Notes: generated from the sequence alone by a model not told the origin. A stretch of 43,257 bases of DNA from Candidatus Fermentibacterota bacterium (GCA_016928395.1 JAFGKV010000072.1:1-43257), one strand, 5' to 3'; shown: positions 18,501 to 28,708, counted from the first letter of the stretch. Program-made: numbers and translations.

Positions 18501-20369
18501 TCACCGAGCCATCCGCACTACCCGGAATCCCAAGGATGAGCTCCGCTGGTTGGGCGAAGCACTCAGGCGCGCGGCTGATCTGCAGAACGTGGCTTTCGTC
18601 TTCCAGCTCCCTCCTCGCTGGACCCGCATCACCCCCTGAGAGGGACCGGCAGGGTCTTGCCCGGCGCGTGTGGCATACGGGCCATACCAATCCCAGCACC
18701 ATTCCGCCACATTGCCCGCCATGTCGAACAGACCCCAGGTATTGGCGGAAGTCTGCGCCACGTCACGGCTACTGCTGCCCGCATTGTCAGAGTACCAGCA
18801 ATGGCTCCGATCGGGAAGAGCGTTCCCCCACGGGTACGCAGTGGCCGTTTTGGCCCGGCAGGCATACTCCCATTCAGCTTCCGTGGGCAGGCGGTAGCCA
18901 GGCGTAGCACGATCCCAGTACACCGCCCCCGATTCGACCGGAGGAATACCCTCGAAGACCTTGGTTAGGTGTTCATCGGCGTAGTAACAGGGCTTCAGCC
19001 CCTCCTGCTGGGAGCGGCGGTTGCAGTAGACGATCGTGTCGAACCAGGTCACCTGGTCAACCGGGCGCTGCGGATTACGGAACCGCGAGGGCGCTCTTCC
19101 CATCACAGTCTCCCACTGGGCAACGGTCACTTCTGTCGCCTGCATGAAGAGCGGCATCGTGAGCGTGACCTGGTGGGGCGTCTCTTCTCCGTCGCGCCCC
19201 AGTTCCCCGGGAGGGGATCCCATGGTGAAGGTTCCCGAAGGGATGGCGACGAACCCTTCCGGAGCTTCCGCGGGAATGAGAGTCGTTCCGTCATCGAAGA
19301 CGAACTCGATCTCCTGCTCAATCCATGCCGACTCCGAGCCTCCGTCATCCACAACCTGGGCGTAGATCCGCTGCCTGCCGTCGGCAACATCGAAGGAGAA
19401 GGCGCCGGTCGTCTGCTCAACGGCCTCCTTCGGATCCTTCACCGCACACCGGTACCGGGCTACTGCCCCGTCATCGGAGCCCTCCAGAACGACCGTGAGC
19501 TTTGTCCCGCGCACCTTCTGGCCGCTGGAGGGCGACACGATGCGCACGGAGGGAGGCTCGTCGATGACACGGAACTCCATCCTCTGGGGGGGCGAGTAGT
19601 TGCCGTCACAATCCTTGGCCTGCACCTGAAACACATGGCTTCCCGTGGGGATGTCACTGAACTCGACCTGACCGCGCTTCGTTTCCACGGGATCACCATC
19701 ATTCATCTGATAGCGATAGCCATCGATGCACCGTTCATCTTCCCCCAAAAAGCGGAAGGCTACGCGGGCGGCATCACGGCGATTCATCACGGCTTTGGGG
19801 GCCTCAAGGAGGCGGACCCGGGGCGGCTTTCCCGTGGAAGCGGGAACCGGCAGGGGCGCGATGTACGGCCGGTCAGGTTCGATAGGCGGCAGGGCCTGCC
19901 CCGCTTCATCCGGCGTGCAACCCAGCTCGTGGGCGACCTGGGGCATATCCTTGAACAGGTCCTTCAGCTTCTGGCCCATCCGATTCACGGAACACCGCAC
20001 ATGCGCGGTCTGGACATCCACCAGCTCAGCGGTCATGAAGTACTCGCCGTCAACCTTTGACAGTGAGCCCAGCACGATCCATCTGACATTGAGAATCTCG
20101 CCCATCTGGATGGCGCACTCGGTTTCCGTGCAGTCGATGAGCTGCACCTGCTGCTCTTTGAGGATGGCCTCCATGTTCTTGCGGTCGACTACCACGAAGT
20201 CCCGCTGGTTCACGAACTCACTGCGCAACCGGTCCGAGATGATGTCGGCCTCTTCCGGCTTCACCAGGTTCGCCTTGAAGTACAGCACGGCCAGGCGTCG
20301 CTCGAGATCGCCGGCCCGGGCAAAGCCCGCCATGAAGGTGATGCACCAAAGGGCGACTATTCCACGCAT
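18501..20369 (-). CDS. Periplasmic protein: CsgG/TolB-N-like domain + Ig-like domains + FGE-sulfatase (SUMF1-like) domain
   Basis: GAGGAG RBS (alternative ATG 20375); VVDRKNMEAILKEQ..CAIQMGEILNV motif; FTMGSP, YRLPTEAEWEYACRA, NTWGLFDMAGNVAEWCWDWY, RGGSW, GFRVVR. Confidence 0.9.
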   Translation of the reverse strand: MRGIVALWCITFMAGFARAGDLERRLAVLYFKANLVKPEEADIISDRLRSEFVNQRDFVVVDRKNMEAILKEQQVQLIDCTETECAIQMGEILNVRWIVLGSLSKVDGEYFMTAELVDVQTAHVRCSVNRMGQKLKDLFKDMPQVAHELGCTPDEAGQALPPIEPDRPYIAPLPVPASTGKPPRVRLLEAPKAVMNRRDAARVAFRFLGEDERCIDGYRYQMNDGDPVETKRGQVEFSDIPTGSHVFQVQAKDCDGNYSPPQRMEFRVIDEPPSVRIVSPSSGQKVRGTKLTVVLEGSDDGAVARYRCAVKDPKEAVEQTTGAFSFDVADGRQRIYAQVVDDGGSESAWIEQEIEFVFDDGTTLIPAEAPEGFVAIPSGTFTMGSPPGELGRDGEETPHQVTLTMPLFMQATEVTVAQWETVMGRAPSRFRNPQRPVDQVTWFDTIVYCNRRSQQEGLKPCYYADEHLTKVFEGIPPVESGAVYWDRATPGYRLPTEAEWEYACRAKTATAYPWGNALPDRSHCWYSDNAGSSSRDVAQTSANTWGLFDMAGNVAEWCWDWYGPYATRAGQDPAGPSQGVMRVQRGGSWKTKATFCRSAARLSASPNQRSSSLGFRVVRMAR

Positions 20370-20475
20370 GCGCATGTCTCCTCTTCCGCGTTTCTCGGGT
20401 CCAGGTATACGGCCACATCTGCGCACGGCCTGAGCCATCAGTGACCAGCCCTGAGGGAACGCGGATCTGTTTCCA

Positions 20476-22572
20476 TCACGGCCCCGGCGAGCTGTCCGTG
20501 AGATAGTCGCGCGGGGTGATCGCTCCGCTCTGAGAAAGATCGAACACGTACCACCACCTCCCCGTGCCCGACTGCGGCACGCTGAAGCTCGCCGTCACCT
20601 GGTTGCCCGAGTACACGATGACCCTCGCTTCTGAGGTCTTGATATCCGGCGTACCCGAGAAGTTGTACACACCATACCGGCAACCAGCGATGAGCTGATA
20701 GATGGTGATCGTCTCAGGACCTTCTCCGGATGTGTCGTCGACATCGAGTTGGACGAACGGCTCAGACGCTTGGCTGCCGCGCGAGGAGTAGTAGATGTGA
20801 TACTGGTCACCCACCCAGAGATGGCTATCGAGATCGTTGGGACTTGTACCCCACGTCAGCACGATGCGGTACTGACCCGCGGCCAGCTCCCGGCTCAATG
20901 AAAAGTTGGCCACCATAGGCTGCCCAGCCACGACGACGTCCCTACTCTCGGTGATATAGCCCGAACGTGTTGCCGTGAGCCTGTAGGTTCCGTCTGAAAG
21001 CGCGGGGAATTCATACCGCCCGTCAGCGCCGCTCGAGGTTGACCGGGTCACGGGACCGGTGAGATCAACTCGCGCGTCCGCCAAGGCGGACCCGGTTTGC
21101 GCATCGGTCACGGCTCCTGAGATGCCGACGGTCGCCACCACGGCGCGTACGACGACCGTTGGTTCGTCGGGATCATTGCTCAGGATGACAACGGTACCTG
21201 AGGAGACGGTGAGGTCGGCGCTGGTGTTGGCCGTGGCGGTCAGCTCCTGGGTCTCACCCGGCGCCAGGGCGAATGATGCGGGGCTCACTGACAGCCAGGG
21301 GAGATCGTCCGCCACGGTGTCGACTTGCAGGATAAGCGCGCCGGCGTTGCGCACCGTGATAGTCAGGGTGGTATTCTGGCCAGGCAGAAACGGAAAGGTA
21401 ATCTCCCGGGGAGAGACTTGGATGTCGGGCACGGCCGGCTCACCGAACCCGGGACGAACGGGCCGGAAGCCGCAGATGGATGCGGGCTGCACCGGCTCAA
21501 GTTGCGATCTCGCCGGAGAACGACAGGCGAAATCGGGGAAACTGTAAGCCCCTCCGCGTATCACACGGAAGGTGCCCGTCGAGGGGCCGCGGGGGCCTGC
21601 CGAGGGAGAAGCGGCATAGTAGTCGGGATCGAACCAGTCATTGCACCATTCGCTTACGTTGCCGTTCATGTCATGCAGGCCCCATGCGTTCGGCTGGCGG
21701 GTTCCGACGTCATGGGTCTGATTGCCCGAATTCCCCTCGAACCAGCAGTATCGGCCGTCTATGGCGTCGCCCCAACTGTACTCGGTGCTCGTTCCCGCCC
21801 GGCACGCATACTCCCACTCCGCCTCAGTGGGCAGCCGATACCCGGTCGCATCCCAGTTCATCCCCACGGTTTGGCGCTGGGCCGCGAGGTCTGCATCATC
21901 ATAGAAGGCATCATAGCCCTCGCGACGGCTCAGCGCATTACAGAATGCGGCCGCCTGGAACCAGTTCAGGCCTTCCACCGGCCTATTCGCCCCCTGGAAG
22001 ACCGCGGGATTATCCCCCATGACGGCGAGGTAGTACTGCTGACGCACTTCGAAGCGCGCGATGGAGAAGGGGCTCAGGGTTACCGGATGCACGGGCCGTT
22101 CGATGGATTCACCGACATTTGGAGAGCCCATGTTAAAGGCGCCGCCGGCCACGGCGACCATGTCCAGCATGGCACCCGCGCGGCTCATAGTCACCCTGGC
22201 GGTCTGGGTCGCCCCCAGAACCACAGTCACCGTCGTCTCCCCCCAACTCGAGAGCAGGCCACCTCGGAATGCTTCGACCCGAACCCTCAGTTGGCCGACC
22301 GGTACTTCCAGCTCCAACCTGCCTCGGGCGCCTCCCTCCAGGATTTCCATGGCGCGGCGGACGACGAGGTCTGGCCCTTGAAACACCATGACAAAGGCAC
22401 TGTCCACCAATGCCGGGCTTGCCATGCAATAGCCTGGCGCATCGGTCCATTCGAGCTGCAGTATGAGGCGGGCAATGCCCGGAGCGGCGGGATCGTGCTG
22501 GCTCGAGCAGCCCATGAGGCTCATGAGCAGGAGGACCGCACACCGGTTCATCCACAGCGTAGTGTGTGTCAC
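20476..22572 (-). CDS. Lipoprotein: FGE-sulfatase + Ig-like (ASH) + carboxypeptidase-regulatory-like + YfaP/DUF2135-like domains
   Basis: Lipobox LMG-C; RLPTEAEWEYACRAG; NAWGLHDMNGNVSEWC; SNDPDEP; ISGAVTDAQTG; LTWGTSPNDLDSHL..LDVDDTSGEGPETI; start uncertain (22551/22572/22590). Confidence 0.9.
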   Translation of the reverse strand: MTHTTLWMNRCAVLLLMSLMGCSSQHDPAAPGIARLILQLEWTDAPGYCMASPALVDSAFVMVFQGPDLVVRRAMEILEGGARGRLELEVPVGQLRVRVEAFRGGLLSSWGETTVTVVLGATQTARVTMSRAGAMLDMVAVAGGAFNMGSPNVGESIERPVHPVTLSPFSIARFEVRQQYYLAVMGDNPAVFQGANRPVEGLNWFQAAAFCNALSRREGYDAFYDDADLAAQRQTVGMNWDATGYRLPTEAEWEYACRAGTSTEYSWGDAIDGRYCWFEGNSGNQTHDVGTRQPNAWGLHDMNGNVSEWCNDWFDPDYYAASPSAGPRGPSTGTFRVIRGGAYSFPDFACRSPARSQLEPVQPASICGFRPVRPGFGEPAVPDIQVSPREITFPFLPGQNTTLTITVRNAGALILQVDTVADDLPWLSVSPASFALAPGETQELTATANTSADLTVSSGTVVILSNDPDEPTVVVRAVVATVGISGAVTDAQTGSALADARVDLTGPVTRSTSSGADGRYEFPALSDGTYRLTATRSGYITESRDVVVAGQPMVANFSLSRELAAGQYRIVLTWGTSPNDLDSHLWVGDQYHIYYSSRGSQASEPFVQLDVDDTSGEGPETITIYQLIAGCRYGVYNFSGTPDIKTSEARVIVYSGNQVTASFSVPQSGTGRWWYVFDLSQSGAITPRDYLTDSSPGP

Positions 22573-22583
22573 GACATGCCCCC

Positions 22584-23687
22584 CTACCACGCCCGCACCA
22601 GCGTCGAGCGAACCTCATAGCCGGTGAGGCTCGTGTCGCCGGTGCCGGTCCACGCTGAGCCGCCGAGAACTCCCGCGGAGAAGGCGAGGCTGGTCCCCCT
22701 GCCCAGCCTGATCTTTGGCCCGACGGATAGGCCGAACACGTGGCCGCCTCCAAACCCATATCCGTTGTCGCCCTTGAATCGAACAAACCCGGATGTCTCC
22801 GCCTTCAGCCACGGGGCCACGCTATGCCCGACGCGCACCCGAAGGGCACCCTCGGGGCCGAAGGAGTTTTCGTCTTCGGCCACCAGTTTGTCGCCGTCGC
22901 TCACCATGCCCCTGGCCCGGAGGCGTACCCAGACGCTCACCTCCACCGGGTCGAATGAGCCCGGATACAACGCCAGCACGGAACGGACGTCCGTACGAGG
23001 CCCCAAGGCGCGCACCTTCTCATCCTCCCAGAAGTCGCTGCCGTAGAGCACCACGGCCGCGTCGGCCTTGAGCAAGGCGGGCGTGGCCCCCACCGAAATG
23101 CGACGGTACAACGCTGCGGTAAGCACCAGTTCCTCACCGGGATTCAGCTCCTCCTCGGCGTCATCGTACGGCTGGAAGGGCGCCCGAACCGAATACCCCG
23201 CGCCAGCGGCCAGGGTTGTCCCTCCCCACTGCCGGGCCACGGCAACGCCCACTGTAGCGCAGAGCCCGTCAACGGGGCTGTCCATGGTGAAGCCCAATTC
23301 GTCGCTGGCCACCAACGCCGCGATGGGAAGCTCATCCTCCTTCAACCGGGTGCTGGCCGTCGGTACGCTGACCCCGCCGCGCACCAACAGGCGCTGATCC
23401 AGGGCATACCACGATGTCTTGACCACCACATTGCCCAGGGCAGACAAGTCTTCCTCTGCGACGTCAAGCGTCGATCGGCCCGGGTTGGCCCGCAAGCTTA
23501 GGCCGAATCGGTCTCCCAGCGGCAGGTCAAGCCGCAGCGGTGCGGCCGTTTGCGATATGTCCAGACTTGAAGCGTCGGAGGATTCCCAGTGTCGTAGCGC
23601 GAGACCGATCTCTAGCCGTCCCTGCCGCCGCGCCTCGGTACTGCCCGCGATTGCGACGATCAGCACGAGGATGAGTGATGCGCGCAT
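22584..23687 (-). CDS. Putative outer-membrane beta-barrel protein
   Basis: Signal peptide; alternating amphipathic beta-strands throughout; C-terminal aromatic beta-signal (YEVRSTLVRAW); GAGG RBS. Confidence 0.75.
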   Translation of the reverse strand: MRASLILVLIVAIAGSTEARRQGRLEIGLALRHWESSDASSLDISQTAAPLRLDLPLGDRFGLSLRANPGRSTLDVAEEDLSALGNVVVKTSWYALDQRLLVRGGVSVPTASTRLKEDELPIAALVASDELGFTMDSPVDGLCATVGVAVARQWGGTTLAAGAGYSVRAPFQPYDDAEEELNPGEELVLTAALYRRISVGATPALLKADAAVVLYGSDFWEDEKVRALGPRTDVRSVLALYPGSFDPVEVSVWVRLRARGMVSDGDKLVAEDENSFGPEGALRVRVGHSVAPWLKAETSGFVRFKGDNGYGFGGGHVFGLSVGPKIRLGRGTSLAFSAGVLGGSAWTGTGDTSLTGYEVRSTLVRAW

Positions 23688-23696
23688 GGGTTCCTC

Positions 23697-25169
23697 CTAG
23701 GGAAAATCGATGTCGATGACGATGGTTGGCGGCCCCGATGAGCCTCCCACCGATGGTTCCCGTGACCCTTCGCCGGGATCGATCGGGCCCGTAGCCACAT
23801 CGGCCAGATCCTCCAGCGCCTCGGAGGCCAGGTCTTCGGATGCCTCCGAGGCTCGGTCCTCCGGGGCTTCCCACACCTGGTCCTCCGGCGTTTCCGCGGC
23901 CGGATCCACCATCGCTTCTGAGGCCTCCTCTTCATCCCCGCTACCCGCAGCCTCCCCCTCAACCACACCTGGGCTTTCTCCTGCTCCCTCATCTGGCCCG
24001 AACTGCCACCCCAGGAAGTCACGCTCGAAGTGGTCCACGCCCTCGGCCACACGGTCAGTCTCAGCCAGTTGCTGAGCCTTGTCGGCAGCTTCCTTGAACC
24101 CCGGATCGGCCTTCGCCGCCGCTTGGTAGTGTGTGTGGGCTGCAGGCCAGTCGCCCACATCCTCCGCCCCCAGACCGCGACAGAACGACATGAAGGCCAG
24201 GAGACTTCGAGTCGGCATGCGCGCGATGTCTTCACGCTCGATCTCGGTGAGTTCGACGCCAAGACGGGAGATTGCCTCGAAGACGATGGTCTTCTCAAGG
24301 TCGAAGACCTGATCGAGCGTGCCCCCCGCCGGCCTCAGATTGTCGAGCCGGCCCTTGGCCACGTCGGCCAGGGCGGTTTCGATCTTTACTCCGGCAGCGT
24401 GGTCGCGGTAGATCCCGTTGAGCACGGTGCCCGCACCGGTGATTCTGCCCATGCGCAGAGCGAAGCGATCATCGACCACACCGCTGGCTCCAAGCCCGAT
24501 CTCCTCCATCAGCGCTGCGATGCGGGAGCGCTCCAGAACCTGCAGAGTCTTCACCTTGGAGAGATCAGTTATGATGAACTCGGCCAATCCCCGGCCCAGC
24601 ACCTTCAGTTCCGACGACACGCCTATGTAGCGCAGAGGGAACACCCCGACGGTCATCCGGTCTCCTGAGATGCCGCGGGACGACTCTTCTCTCACCAATT
24701 GCGCCATCTCGTCTTGAATCCGTTGTCGAAGAATGAGCTGGATACGCCCCCGGATCTTGCGCTGGGCCTGGCGCGAGGGAACGGCGGCATAGCTTTGATA
24801 CACCCGAACAGCTCCGTCGATGTCGCCTGACCGCTCCCGCATGAGGCCCCGGTAGAGCACCCCCTCGGCAGACCAGAACCCACGGCTCTGGGCGTGTGCC
24901 AGCCTCACCTCGGCCTCCCCGAACCGACCCGATCGATAGTAGGCCTGGCCCAGGAGATCCAGGGCTTCGCCGTTGCTCGGGTCTTCACGGGCCAGTTCTT
25001 CAAGCAGCAGTAGGGCCTCAGTGAGCCTGTTATCCCTGACCAATGACCTCGCCCGGCCGATGCCGCTGGAGGCACAGCCCAGCACCAAGGCGAGGACGGC
25101 CAAGGATGCAGGGGCCACCCGGCACAGCAGTGCCGCAGTGGGAAATCGTGAGGGCGGTGTCGGCTTCAT
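23697..25169 (-). CDS. TPR + CsgG/TolB-N-like lipoprotein with acidic C-terminal tail
   Basis: AGGAGG RBS; lipobox VLG-C; TPR helices; GLAEFIITDLSKV..LQVLERSRIAALMEEIGLGASGVVD...RMGRITGA; D/E-rich tail ending PPTIVIDIDFP. Confidence 0.85.
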   Translation of the reverse strand: MKPTPPSRFPTAALLCRVAPASLAVLALVLGCASSGIGRARSLVRDNRLTEALLLLEELAREDPSNGEALDLLGQAYYRSGRFGEAEVRLAHAQSRGFWSAEGVLYRGLMRERSGDIDGAVRVYQSYAAVPSRQAQRKIRGRIQLILRQRIQDEMAQLVREESSRGISGDRMTVGVFPLRYIGVSSELKVLGRGLAEFIITDLSKVKTLQVLERSRIAALMEEIGLGASGVVDDRFALRMGRITGAGTVLNGIYRDHAAGVKIETALADVAKGRLDNLRPAGGTLDQVFDLEKTIVFEAISRLGVELTEIEREDIARMPTRSLLAFMSFCRGLGAEDVGDWPAAHTHYQAAAKADPGFKEAADKAQQLAETDRVAEGVDHFERDFLGWQFGPDEGAGESPGVVEGEAAGSGDEEEASEAMVDPAAETPEDQVWEAPEDRASEASEDLASEALEDLADVATGPIDPGEGSREPSVGGSSGPPTIVIDIDFP

Positions 25170-25285
25170 GGCGCCTCCTGCCGTCGGTGAGCGATGCTCA
25201 GCGACCGGTCATGCAACCTGAGTACTCGGATTCACAAGCACGAGTACATGTTCTCCCATCGCCACGCCGCCCCTCGCCGTTTCTT

Positions 25286-27052
25286 CTAGTTCTCGATCCG
25301 TGCGCGAATCATCCCAAGGCTGCTTTCCTCAACGATCACCCTGAGGTTGCCAAACGACACCCGGTTTATGTCGCGGGCCAGCGCCGAAGGATGGCCCTCA
25401 AAGCTGATCTCGAATCGTGCAAGCTCCCGTTCACGGGATCGCTGGATAACATTCTGCACGCCGTCAACCTTATCGCGGAGCACGCGTTCGATGACTGCAA
25501 GATCGGCCTGGCTTCTGATCCCCCTAACTTCAAATCCCACGATCCGCCGGCCGTAGACCTCCTCGCGGGCCACACGGAGCAGCTCCCGAGCCAGGCTTGG
25601 CCCCGCCGAATCACACATCTTCTGAATGGCCACGAGTCCCGACTGGAGCGCCTGAAGGTCTGCGCCAACGCCCCGGCCTTGCACGGTGCCGACCACCTGT
25701 CCGTTGTCGGCGCGCACGATCTGGAAGCTCCCCTCAGCGGTGCTCGACCGCATCTTGTCGATCCCGTAGGAACCGATTGCGCCCCCTCCAGACAGGGCAA
25801 CTCTGCCCATCACTACCAGGTCTCCTCCCTGGGTCAGCGCATAGGTCGTGAGGACCTCGCGCGGCAGGTCCGCAGTCTCAGCCTGGAGGGTTCTCCGGTA
25901 CTGGGCGACGTCGATGACGCGAAATCCCGCCTCGACAAGCATGCCCTGGAGCCGCACTTCCGTGTAGGTCGGTTCCCGGCCCCCGCCCGGGACCCCATAC
26001 TCGGCCCCGCCGGCATCCTCCTCCACCGCGACCATGACCCGGGGATGGGCCCACGCCGGCTGCAGCACGCCCAACGCAATCAGGTCATCCTCCAGCACTC
26101 CCTGGGCCACCTGTGCGGTGATCTCAACAACCAGTACGCCCGAGGAGTCGCTCTCACTGCTCACCGCGAAATCGCGTACATAGGCCCGGGCACGCGTCAG
26201 CACGTCGGCCTGGATGGTGGCGCCGTAGAAGAAGAGGCTGTCCGGCCCCATCATCCGCTCCGCTGCACGGCAGACCGCATCTCGGAGGGCATCCGCGGTC
26301 GCCGTATCGCGAGCGGCGCCGATCCCGACGCTGGCGTCATGCCTGCCCTCTGCCCGCACCATCCGCACCCTCGTAGCGCTTCGCAGGCGGGACTGTGCGT
26401 GTTCATGGGCCGCAGCCGCAACGGCGAACCCTGGTGCTATGCTCACGGCTTCGGCGAACTCCCGCAGCGCCATCTCGATGTCACCGGCATCTTCCAGACG
26501 TACACCCATGCTGTAGTGTGCGAATGCAGCCTCGGAGATGCCACTGTCCCGCGGTGCCTGCAGCTTCTTACCCAGCCGATTGGCGAAGGTAGCGGCGAGC
26601 GTGCCGATGAGATCAAGGAATTTTCCCGTCGTGCCGCTGACCGACTCGGCCTTGATCAGCCGGGTGGTCTCCGTCTCGACCATGCGGACATCGATGCGCA
26701 CCTTCTTTCCCATCACCATGTAGTTCCCCAACAGAAGATATCGGGCGCCCACGATTCGGCCGATCCGCCCGGCGGTGCCGTCATCTACCACGCCGCTGGC
26801 CCCAAGCCCGATCTCCTGAACAACCTGTGCTATCCTGGATCGTTCGACGATCTCAAGGCCTTCGACCATAGAGAGCTGAGTGGTGAGAGCGGCTGAGAAG
26901 CCCTGGCTTAGTGGTTCATACGTGGCTCGGTCTGTCAAGCTGTTGTTGAGGAAATCTAGGACTGCCACCGTGGCAGGAGGTTCCGCTGCGGCTACTTGCA
27001 TCCAGCACGCGGAGAGAATGGCTGCAAGGCGAAGGGCACGCGGCGGGTGCAT
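25286..27052 (-). CDS. Periplasmic CsgG/TolB-N-like + TPR + FlgT-N/LPP20-like multidomain protein
   Basis: ATG 27052 with GGAGGTG RBS; TVAVLDFLNNS..LEIVERSRIAQVVQEIGLGASGVVD..RIGRIVGARYLLLG; ARDTATADALRDAV motif. Confidence 0.85.
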   Translation of the reverse strand: MHPPRALRLAAILSACWMQVAAAEPPATVAVLDFLNNSLTDRATYEPLSQGFSAALTTQLSMVEGLEIVERSRIAQVVQEIGLGASGVVDDGTAGRIGRIVGARYLLLGNYMVMGKKVRIDVRMVETETTRLIKAESVSGTTGKFLDLIGTLAATFANRLGKKLQAPRDSGISEAAFAHYSMGVRLEDAGDIEMALREFAEAVSIAPGFAVAAAAHEHAQSRLRSATRVRMVRAEGRHDASVGIGAARDTATADALRDAVCRAAERMMGPDSLFFYGATIQADVLTRARAYVRDFAVSSESDSSGVLVVEITAQVAQGVLEDDLIALGVLQPAWAHPRVMVAVEEDAGGAEYGVPGGGREPTYTEVRLQGMLVEAGFRVIDVAQYRRTLQAETADLPREVLTTYALTQGGDLVVMGRVALSGGGAIGSYGIDKMRSSTAEGSFQIVRADNGQVVGTVQGRGVGADLQALQSGLVAIQKMCDSAGPSLARELLRVAREEVYGRRIVGFEVRGIRSQADLAVIERVLRDKVDGVQNVIQRSRERELARFEISFEGHPSALARDINRVSFGNLRVIVEESSLGMIRARIEN

Positions 27053-27346
27053 GGGCACCTCCGATGCGAGGGGTAACACGTTCGCGCACACCTCGTGGCC
27101 CAGTATCCGCCCGGGCGGATACTGAAGGCTAACTGACTCTGCCGCATAGCTTTGCGACGCCACACCGATCCGTCAAGCGTCTTTGATTCCGGGGGCAACA
27201 TCGCAACCACGGAAAGCCGTGATTGCGCGGGCCCAGCAGGGGTCGCTATGTTGTACAGATAGTTCGGATCCCACTCATGCCTGTGTCTGCGCGAGTCCGA
27301 AGTCCGAACGCGACGCTGTGAATTGAACCAATAGGGAGGGTATGTC

Positions 27347-27622
27347 ATGCCGAAACTGTACCGAACCGATGTCGCCTCCGAGGCCGATCTCAAAGTGTAT
27401 GTTACGGACATTCGCTCGGATGCTGACCTCTCGATCTATGAGACCGGGAGCTCCTGGGACGCGACCGAAAGCGGGGTCTGGTACTATACGGATATCCGCT
27501 CCGACGCCGAGAAGATTGTGTTCTTCACGGACATTCGCTCGGACGCCGACCTCGTGATCTACAAGACCGACTCACAATGGGATGCGGGCTGGGTCAACAA
27601 GGACAAGGCTGGATTGCTGTAA
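27347..27622 (+). CDS. Small repeat protein, DUF6150-like
   Basis: GGGAGG RBS; repeats of (V/F)TDIRSDA(D/E)L.IY.T...WDA. Confidence 0.75.
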   Translation: MPKLYRTDVASEADLKVYVTDIRSDADLSIYETGSSWDATESGVWYYTDIRSDAEKIVFFTDIRSDADLVIYKTDSQWDAGWVNKDKAGLL

Positions 27623-27726
27623 CTGATGAATAGCCTTATCCGCCGCCCTGTGCCTGATCCGGCCGTGTCCGCGCGGATCAGGCACATCGTGGGGGCACTG
27701 GCCCCGATGCCCCGTGCGAGCCGCTC

Positions 27727-28647
27727 TTGATGAACGGGCTGCTTCGGTCAACCGGTTCGGATGGGGCGGTCGCAATCGGTTCCCTCGACCAGAGCAGGCT
27801 CCTGATCTCGCTCGTCACGGTGCTGCTGCTGTGGCTTCTGCGTTCTCTCATTCTCCGGGCAGTCCTTCGGCAAACCACCGAACCCAGGACACGCTATGCC
27901 TGGCAGAAGGTCTCAGGCTATGTCGCCGTTGCAGTCGGCTTGACCTTTCTCGCCTTGCTGTGGGTGGAGACATTCCGTTCGTTCGCCACCTTCGTGGGCA
28001 TTCTTGCCGCTGGTCTGGCGATTGCCCTCAGGGATCTCGTCGCCAACTTTGTCGGATGGCTGTTCATCATCTGGCGGCGTCCGTTCGGATTGGGGGATCG
28101 CATACAGATCGGCACGTTCCGCGGGGATGTCATCGATATCCGGCTGTTCCAGTTCACCATCCTGGAGATAGGCAACTGGGTCGAGGCAGATCAGAGCACT
28201 GGCCGGATAATCCATGTCCCCAACGGCATGATCATGAACGCCCCGCTGGCGAATTACAGCAAGGGGTTCAAGTACATCTGGAACGAATTGCCAGTTCTGG
28301 TCACCTTCGAGAGCAACTGGCAGGACGCCAAGAGGATCCTCCTACAGGTCGTCGAGGCCCACGCTGAACATCTCACCGAGGAGGCACGGCGCCAGGTGAT
28401 TGAGGCCAGCAGCCGTTTCATGATCTTTTACCCGAATCTTACCCCGATCGTGTACACATCGGTGAAGGACAGCGGCGTGCTCCTCACCATGCGCTACCTC
28501 TGCGATCCCAGACAACGCCGCAGCAGCGAACATGCGATCTGGGAGGATGTCCTTAAGGAGTTCGCGGGCAGGGGCGACATCGAGTTTGCCTATCCGACCT
28601 GGCGGGTCTTCGCCCCGGATCGCGAGGCGCCTCCTTCAAACCCCTGA
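27727..28647 (+). CDS. MscS-family mechanosensitive channel
   Basis: GLAIALRDLVANFVGWLFIIWRRPFGLGDRIQIG..GDVIDI..F; IIHVPNG; start uncertain. Confidence 0.9.
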   Translation: MMNGLLRSTGSDGAVAIGSLDQSRLLISLVTVLLLWLLRSLILRAVLRQTTEPRTRYAWQKVSGYVAVAVGLTFLALLWVETFRSFATFVGILAAGLAIALRDLVANFVGWLFIIWRRPFGLGDRIQIGTFRGDVIDIRLFQFTILEIGNWVEADQSTGRIIHVPNGMIMNAPLANYSKGFKYIWNELPVLVTFESNWQDAKRILLQVVEAHAEHLTEEARRQVIEASSRFMIFYPNLTPIVYTSVKDSGVLLTMRYLCDPRQRRSSEHAIWEDVLKEFAGRGDIEFAYPTWRVFAPDREAPPSNP

Positions 28648-28708
28648 CACGACGATACATAGAGACGTGGTGTGCCCGTGCCTCAGGCATCGGACCGAGT
28701 CTCGCCTG

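Noticed and set aside
18501-22590. FGE-sulfatase (CLec-fold) C-termini as diversity-generating retroelement targets
   Set aside because: No reverse transcriptase and no adenine-variant template repeat found in the window; the two FGE domains are divergent paralogs
25043-26896. 617-aa plus-strand ORF, and similar long ORFs at 1698-2738, 18969-20060, 21325-22620, 34148-35122 and 36647-37903
   Set aside because: Antisense shadows of well-supported genes, expected in high-GC DNA; no recognisable motifs
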